Part shown: positions 38,833 through 46,702 of the stretch, in pieces
Layout of the letters: every line of letters starts with the position of its first letter
How positions within the stretch are numbered: position 1 is the first letter of the stretch
NCBI RefSeq assembly: GCF_001194135.2
Contig: NC_068982.1
Location: forward strand, 171,039,997 to 171,086,698
Origin: Octopus bimaculoides
Lineage: Eukaryota
Direction of reading: 5' to 3'
Length of the DNA: 46,702 nucleotides
Notes under the pieces: model-generated
Databases searched by the model: none
Told to the model about the DNA's origin: nothing
The model's input: only the letters and a program-made list of their open reading frames with translations
Position numbers and translations under genes: made by a program

Positions 38833-39152
38833 ATTGGCACTCTGTCTGTGTCGACGACGTGGGTGCCACTTGATTCAACCAACGGAACAACCAGCTCAGG
38901 AAATTAACGTGCAAGTGGCAAAGTATTCCACAGACGCGCGTCTCCTTAAAGTAGTTGTCAGGAAAATTCAGCATGACGCAGAATGTGACAAGCTTGGCCC
39001 CTTGGAATACAAGTACTACTCATTTTACCAGGTGAGTGAACTGGAGAACATGAAATAAAGTGTCTTGTCCAAGGACACAAGGCGCCGCTGGGTATCGAAT
39101 TCACGATCTTACGATCATGAGCCGAATAGTCTACCCACTAAGCCACGCGCCT
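38833..39152 (-). mobile_element. CORE-like tRNA SINE, family C, full length
   Basis: The head ggcgcgtggcttagtgggtagactattcggctcatgatcgtaagatcgtgaattcgataccc has A-box TGGCTTAGTGG and a B-box-like motif. Next comes tgtgtccttggacaagacactt...ctcacctggtaaaatgag, resembling the MIR/CORE consensus tgtgaccttgggcaagtcactt...ctcatctgtaaaatggg. Confidence 0.85.
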
Positions 39153-39330
39153 TGTCAGTGATGATACTACTACTACTACTACTACCGCAGCAAACGATAA
39201 TGATGACGGTAATGCAGAAAAGGAGGACGTTGAAGTGAAGTTAGATGTTAATGACGACGAAGATCACTGCGACGATGACAATGACGACGATGATGGCAAC
39301 AATGGCTACGATCACCACAGCGACGACGAA

Positions 39331-39387
<57 letters not shown>
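39331..39387. repeat. (GAT)n microsatellite within a degenerate trinucleotide tract (39160-39450)
   Basis: Read directly; it gives the poly-D/M/I ORFs. Confidence 0.95.
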
Positions 39388-41054
39388 ACTGGTGGCGGTG
39401 GCGATCGTGATCATTTTCATGATGCCCATGTTGTTCTTGATATTCATAATGATTGTACTATTTTATATTTTTTATGTCTTCTTGATTACCTTTGAAAAAT
39501 TTAATATTTGTCGGAATTTAATATCATTATTGTTTGTAGTTGATTGAAATTTCAATTTTTAATTTAATCTTCAGAGATGATAATTTCCTGTTAAGAGTAG
39601 GCCATCCATGGTGTTTTTTTTTAAAATTTTAATTTATAATATTACTTNNNNNNNNNNNNNNNNNNNNNNNNNNNNNNNNNNNNNNNNNNNNNNNNNNNNN
39701 NNNNNNNNNNNNNNNNNNNNNNNNNNNNNNNNNNNNNNNNNNNNNNNNNNNNNNNNNNNNNNNNNNNNNNNNNNNNNNNNNNNNNNNNNNNNNNNNNNNN
39801 NNNNNNNNNNNNNNNNNNNNNNNNNNNNNNNNNNNNNNNNNNNNNNNNNNNNNNNNNNNNNNNNNNNNNNNNNATATATATATATATACATATACACACG
39901 TAGATACATGTGTGTGTTCTATATTTTTATGTGCAAATTATGTATCACTATCAACGTTTCTTCCAACTCGTACAACTAATACTTTTAATGACAAAGTTTA
40001 TTATTTGTATTTGCTTATTTTTCTGTTTTTGCTTTATCACGATTGTTTGGGTGAGTGTTTCATCTGATATTGCAGTCTACTGAAACTTAAAAGTCAAATC
40101 ACTTTATAAATGATTTTTACTAAGCCAAAACAAAATAAAAAAATTAGATTTCTATCGTATTACGGTGTTTTTAGATTGTTAGAATATCAAATTTTGTAGC
40201 TCACAATTTGGTAATTTGGATATTCAGTATGCAGTCAAGGTATGTTCAACAAATTATACATTAGGTGAGTTATATGAAAAGCGGAATTTTATTTACTGAG
40301 TAAATAAAAATGCAATATCTATGCATCACACATTTAGAGGTAGAGAACGGAATAATTTCGTTTAAATTAGTATTCCAGTTATTAGTGTAAATTGAGCCCC
40401 AGATGGAAAGTAAAAAGAAACGCTATTAGATTTTAGGTAAATAATGTGTTAAATATTTTTGATACGCTATGTGACAGAATGATGGTTAGTAATAATTTTG
40501 ATGCAACCAGACATAGTACTGATTCAATTTTACTAACGATTTCACCAGAATAAAATTCCATAGTTTAGTCTAGAATTATTATAGGATATAGTCAAAACAA
40601 AAGTTTGCATTAGTCCCACGTACTGGTTCCCCTGTTTCACCTGTACCACATTTCAGGAAATATAGACATATAATTTCCAGTGGTTAATACCACCTAAACA
40701 AGACAGGAATCTTACAAGAAGGATGTTAGTAAAATTGTTCAATTCTTATTGAATAAATAATCAAATATGTAACGGAGACTAGTTAAACTAGAATGCATGA
40801 TGGTGGACCCATAACCACACGAAAAAATTATGGATTATCGTGAACTCAATAGATATAAACCACATTTAAACATGGAATCTTAGCACGTCAAGTATCAAAT
40901 CTACTGTTAACTGTTACGTCTTAATGCACCAGAAGACTTTTGAAAACAGCTGGATAAAGAAAGAACATAATGAGCAACACTATGCTTTTTTTAAAGTTTC
41001 TGAGCAACAAGTCGCAATATATAAAGTGGCCACATTCCAAATTATCAACTAGGA

Positions 41055-43256
41055 CCCAGTTCTTGTTACCTTGACCCGGGACGGGCGTATGCCAGACGAA
41101 TCCAAGCAGATGTGTACGCAATTTCAGCGGCACTTTACTGAACTGTTCGAGGCGCGCGGTGTGTTAAGGTTGGACGTGGATTTCACATGCTGTGCCTTTC
41201 GGTCAAAGTTCTGAGTTCTGCAAAATGCCAATAACAACCGAAGACATACAGGATGCAATGACGAGCTGCACAAGGGAGAAGTCTCCAGGGATGGATGGTT
41301 TTCTTTTCGAATTTATGTTCATATGCCAGACTTGTTCAGTGATCTCTTGTCTACCACAACTCTCAGCAGGACGGAAGAATACTCAGTGCTGTGAGCTGGG
41401 GCGTTGTGGTGCTGCTGAGAAAGGACCCAAACAAGGAGGATCAAATAGATAATTTTAGGCCTATAACTCTGGTGAACGCAGATTATAAGATTTTGACCAA
41501 GGTGTTAGCCAAGTGGTTCGCGCTTGTCATCATCCAGTTGATCAGTGATGTGCAGACATGTGCCATCCAGAGTAGATGTATCCACGAAAACCTCTACCTC
41601 ACGCGCTACATCATAGAAAGAGTAGGGAAGGAACCTAGCATAGGTGGTACCCTGACCTATTTGAATAAATCAAAAGCTTTTGACAGCGTTGACCATCAGT
41701 ACTTGGAGACTATCCTCGTGACGGCCGACTTCGGTCTTGTTTTCCGAGGCTGTTTCGGTGGAGTGTACAGCGACGTTTGTTCGGTGGAGTGTACAGCGAC
41801 GTTTGTTCGGTGGTCAGAGTAAACGGCCACCTATCGGAATCATTTACCATCACTTGCTCAGTCCGCGAAGAATGCACACACTCTCCCTTCTGTACATGCT
41901 GGCTCACGAGCTATTGCTAAGGAAGTTGGATATTTCGAGGAGCATCCAGCGTGATCTAAGATGCAGAAGATTCGTGTCGGCTTATGCGGATGACGTCATT
42001 GTAATAATATCGGGCAGCTCGGAGATGGAGGTTTCCGCCTCTACTTTAAGGAGTACGAAGCGGTGACAGGAGCAAAGATTAATCAGAAGTCAATGGGCCT
42101 GTAACATGTCACCTAGAGAGGTAGGTGCATGCAAACGGACAGCGTTGTAGGGCGCTGGACGGAAGGACTGGTTAAATCGCTCGGGCTATGATTTGGTCCA
42201 GGCCACCCCGTGGACAAGAACTGTGCAGATGACGAGTACTGCAGAGAGGAAGCTGTCCTTGAAGTGTCGGGTGGAGGTTGAGAATGCGTACATTGCTTCC
42301 GTCATCTACTACCACCTGACTATCGTCCCTTTCCCTACGTCGTGCCTGATCAAGCTGAGGTGTTTAATCTTCCACTTTCCGTGGAAAGGACGTGTTCTGC
42401 TGACTATCTGCTGAGTGGAGGACTGGGCATACCGTGCCTAATGATGCGCAGACATGCGCTGAGGCGGTGACATCTCCAGCGTTTTCTTAACAGTGAGCGG
42501 CTGTGGCCCCAATTTATCAGGCAGGATTTTCCACAGCACGTCTCATTGACGGAGATACAGTCCGGGGTCAAGCAGAGACCAAGAAAGGGCTCTTGGTACC
42601 TGGAGTGTCGGCAAGCGCTCACGGCTTTCTTCCAGTCAGCGAACACGGTCAGTGGAAGTTCCAATTTGGAGTTCTATAGGAATCAGTAGCAGGCAAGAGC
42701 GACGACGTCTTAGGGGAAACCCTGGGTGACAGGAGGGATCAATTAACTGATCTCTTCCGGAGAACTTTAAGGTTAGGCCTTATGGACAACTTCCAGAAAT
42801 CTCTGGACTAGCCGTGCTACTGGGGTGCACTCCTGGTTGGAGACAAGCACTACAGACATGGAAGTGCTGTCTGACGGACCTGTGCTAGGTGTGCGCAGGC
42901 CGATAAAACCGCCCTGCCTGAACGCGCCCACTGTACGTGCATTACTCACTTGTAAAGCCTTGTCGAATATCTGTTGTGACGTGTAGAACGGATCCGGTTA
43001 TCAACTGAATCCATCGTGAAGGAAAGGCAGTTTTCCTCTGTCTGATGGAAAGGCGACAGCATGGAGGACGAGACTGAAAGGAGTAAAGACAATTACTTTC
43101 CTCTTCAGCCCAGTGCTCATTGACTTTTTCAAGTCCCACTTGAAAAGAAAAGTGAGGGTAGAGAGAGTTCTGCCCCTCAATATTTTTGTTCAAAGAGGGA
43201 AAAATGTGGCGAGGATGGGCCGTTTGAATGGGCCTACTCTGAACTTTCGCTTGTAA
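41055..43256 (+). mobile_element. L1-Tx1 clade LINE, 5'-truncated ORF2 pseudogene (RT plus CCHC)
   Basis: KSPGMDG at 41279-41299; GVVVLLRKDPNKEDQIDNFRPITLVNADYKILTKVLA; KSKAFDSVDH; SAYADDV (YADD at 41983-41994); KLSLKCRVEVENAYIASVIYYHL; a decayed C-x2-C finger at 42881. Several frameshifts and stops are present, and GC is much higher than in the flanks. Confidence 0.92.
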
Positions 43257-43354
43257 ACCGGAAGAGTTGGGAAGAAGAGAGGCGCCTTCTGAGGTGCACC
43301 GAGTGGTCGGGATGACCAGAATGTGTGAAGTTCCTCGGTTGTCCGTGTGAGAAA

Positions 43355-43695
43355 AACCTCTTCCTTTTGGGAAATCCTCTTCCAGAGGTGAATTATCTAA
43401 ACCTGACAGAATTCCTCTCAACACATGGCTATGATGCTCTCCCACTACTTCTGCTCCTGATCAGAGATGCACATATCTTCAGCCAGTAAGCGACATGCTC
43501 AACTCGTTAAGGTCAAACAGTTGATAAGCAAATCTGTGGCATTGAGCAGAATATTTGCTGTAGTCCATCTTTTATACCAAGACAAAATAATGTACAAGAT
43601 AACACTTCCAATCAGTTAAGATGAGAAGCAATGAAAGCGACTGCCTGGTACTACACCAGAGCATATTGAGCAGAATATTTGCTGTACCAAGACAA
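43355..43695 (+). mobile_element. Probable 3' fragment of a separate abundant octopod interspersed repeat
   Basis: cctctcaacacatggctatgatgctctcccactacttctgctcctgatcagagatgcacatatc...gagcagaatatttgctg resembles, from memory, a frequent Octopus repeat; its class is uncertain. An internal block is re-duplicated at 43665. Confidence 0.4.
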
Positions 43696-43702
43696 GACAG
43701 AC

Positions 43703-43870
43703 GGCGAGCTGGTAGTATCGTTACCGCGCCGGGCAAAATACTTAGCGGCATTTCGTCTGCTGCTACGTTCTGTCTTCAAATTCCGCCGAGACCGACTTTT
43801 CCTTTCATCCTTTCGAGGTCAATAAATTAAGTACCAGTTGAGGCCTTTTGCCTGTAATAGAAATGATTGT
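43703..43870 (+). mobile_element. SINE family B copy followed by (ATT)n/(CTA)n
   Basis: ggcgagctggtagtatcgttaccgcgccgggcaaaatacttagcggcatttcgtctg...ataaattaagtaccagttg. Confidence 0.85.
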
Positions 43871-43886
43871 TATTATTATTATGATA

Positions 43887-43887
<1 letters not shown>

Positions 43888-43952
<65 letters not shown>
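43888..43952. repeat. (CTA)n microsatellite
   Basis: Read directly. Confidence 0.95.
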
Positions 43953-43955
<3 letters not shown>

Positions 43956-45380
43956 TGAATACGGAAACTGACAATATCACTTCAAATATAAGCTCCGTTT
44001 GAGTTTCACTATATTTAACCATTTTTTTTTATTTCCAATTTAATTTAAGTATGCCTGCCTAGAATATCTCTCCACTACTTGTCCTGGTTGTTAGTGTCTG
44101 GCACCAGTTTCTAGTTTTACATTAGATATCAACTTCATTCATATGACTTTTAATGTCATAGAACCTACTTGGTACGAAATTCCATTTATGAAAACTGTGG
44201 AAAAAAAAGAAGTAAGTGAATGAAATAGTGTTTTAGTTTCATATATTAATATCTTAGCTACTGATATAACTATTCACCATGTTACTCCATAACAAAGCTC
44301 TTACAGCTATATATGTATAAATGTTATGAATTGACGTCTCCATAGATATAACCATTATATATTTAATAAATGCCTTTGGGTACATGTAGTTTTTTTGAAA
44401 TTCACTTCAGCAGAAAGAAATGAGACGCAGTGAACAAACTGTAAATGTTATATAAAAAGATTAACAATCTTGCAAATAAAGAACATACGTTTATTTAAAC
44501 TATTGAATAAATTGAATTCATTCTCCAACAATAAAGAGTTGATGACCGTTATGACTATAAAACCCGAACTGAATATGTAGACATCATAAAATTAATGAAA
44601 CGTTATTAAGGGAAATGAATGTTCAAGTAACTCATAACTTACTGAAAAATTATATTTATTTGACAAATATGAATATAGCTAAAACGAAAGTAATATAACA
44701 AGAATTAAATGTGCTACTATAATAGTAACAATCAATGCACGATTAATTAGTAAAGTTTATAAAACCAGAATACATGGTACAGTTATGACGCCTGACCTAG
44801 ATATTAACTGCTTTCAGAAGATAATATTTGCATGTCCAAATTTGGCCAAATACGTTTTTTTTTTCAGTATTTATTTTTACTTGCAATATCCGGTCCGTTT
44901 GGTCAAACTATTGTATCTCCATCTGCTTCAGCTGTCAAGATATCAAAAATTGTCAAAGTGTCGTACAACTGTTTTGTTATGGAACGGAGAAACTATTTTT
45001 TCGTCTTCTGAAAGAGCAACGTTTTGGACTTACGACACTTTTGCATAATAGCAACGATATGAAGTTGCATGTTTTAAGGACAACTCTACAAACCTGAAAA
45101 CACAACCAGTAATTTCCTTGTAGTAAAGCAAAAAATTTTAGTTAATTAAAGTAAGTAAAAATACAAAGCTAAACATTACCATTTATATTGGATCTCATCT
45201 GCAAAGTTGAAACAAAATATTACTGGGGGAATTTTCGCATAACGAAGGATTGAACCATCAGTCTAGAACGAAGAATTAATAAACTCTACTACGCATGTTA
45301 AATATTATTTGTTAACACAAACATTTACATATTTATATCCATATCTGCATTTATATGTGTATGTGCTTGCAAGCATGGGT

Positions 45381-45431
<51 letters not shown>

Positions 45432-45482
45432 AATAGAGGACGGAAGATAGGAGCGAGTTCTCTTTCTCATATAATAATTTTT

Positions 45483-45786
45483 TTCGGCCTTTTCAAGCCT
45501 AGCCAATCTCATGGGCCCGGTTTCCCTGTTTCTATGGCGCATGTGTTCCCCCCAGCTGGACGGGATGCCAGTCTATCGCAGCGTTACTCAAGAAACAGGA
45601 AGAAAGAGTGAGAGAAAGTTGGGGCGAAAGAGTACAACAGATGTCACCACCACCCCCTGCCGGAGCCTCATGGTGCTTTAGGTGTTTTCGCTCAATAAAC
45701 ACACACAACGCCCGGTCTGGGAATCGAAACCGCGATCCTCTGACCGTGAGTTCGCTGTCCTAACCACTGGGCCATTGCGCCTCCAC
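45483..45786 (-). mobile_element. tRNA-derived SINE, family D, with V-domain-like motif
   Basis: The head gtggaggcgcaatggcccagtggttaggacagcgaactcacggtcagaggatcgcggtttcgattccc has A-box TGGCCCAGTGG and a B-box-like GGTTTCGATTCC. The body contains ctgcgatagactggcatcccgtccag (45556-45581). Confidence 0.8.
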
Positions 45787-46654
45787 CTGATAATAATTAA
45801 TTTTAAAAAACAAACACTCCAGCCTAAGCTACACCATCATGTATTTAAAAGCAGTGTAAATTGAATGATATCTGAAGATATGACTGATCTCTTCCTAGTT
45901 GCTACAACTTTCTTGGAGTTTTCTTAAAATAATTATTTTCTCTTTTCCTTGATACTTTATATCTATATCAAAATTTATAAAATATATATCTGCAAGATAC
46001 CTAGAATTAAATCACAACATACTGAAGTATATTCCTACCATATAAAATATTAGAATCCATTTTTTAAAAAAAATCCTAATTTCATCTGTAAATATTAACT
46101 GCAGTGAGATTTCAGTATGTGAAAAATATATATTGGGTTGATAATTGTTGCGGTTTTTTTTCAACAAATTTTATTAAAACATCTTTAAATGATTATTCCG
46201 GAGCATATTCACCATCTATTTCAATTGCTGCTTCCCATTTGCTTGGCAGACGGTCGGACCGTCATTTAAGGAAGTTTTTGTTGAATAAAATTTGTAGAAT
46301 AAAAGCCGCAATAATTATGCATCAACGCAATATTAATATAAAGAGCTCAGCTTAAAATATTGAAATTACAATGGAACATCTCCAGTGTCATTTGACACGC
46401 GATAAATATTCATTGTTCTTACAAAATTGCGCATATAACTTTTTATAGACTAGTCCAATCGAAATGCTCTGCTAGATACGTCATGAAATATGGGATGGCT
46501 ACGTCGAAAGAATCTTATCATCGTTTAAGCTCCAGTAAAACAAATATGGACTTTGTATCTCATATTCAAAATCAAACGCTGCTTTAACTGATTATGATTT
46601 ACATAATTTTGTGTTTAATAAAAATTCATTGATGGTTGTGATAAGTTTAATCAT

Positions 46655-46702
46655 ACACACACACGCACGCACGCACGCACACACACACACACACACACAC
46701 AC
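46655..46702. repeat. (CA)n/(CACG)n microsatellite at the window end
   Basis: Read directly. Confidence 0.95.

Overview
AT-rich, gene-poor eukaryotic DNA. It is not prokaryotic: no operons, rRNA, CRISPR or intact tRNA genes were seen. The SINE families, dense microsatellites and LINE types point to an octopod cephalopod (Octopus) draft genome; this is my recognition from memory, not a database result. Ten N-gaps (about 1.6 kb) mostly sit at microsatellites. No intact protein-coding gene could be supported. Most listed ORFs are microsatellite or gap artefacts, and the rest are mainly decayed transposon proteins. The window is a transposon graveyard: a Penelope-like GIY-YIG relic, two Tc1/mariner relics, an internally deleted Chapaev3-like element, two L1-Tx1 relics, two CR1-group LINE relics, an RLE-type (R4/Dong-like) 3' end embedded in (CATA)n, a foldback MITE, a 128-bp TA-flanked MITE, a possible non-autonomous Helitron, and at least four tRNA-derived SINE families, including CORE-like and V-domain-like ones. 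I cannot establish a new biological system. The best leads are the apparent (CATA)n-targeting RLE retroposon, a degenerate hammerhead ribozyme, the foldback and inverted-SINE dsRNA structures, and a SINE with a 36-bp target-site duplication.
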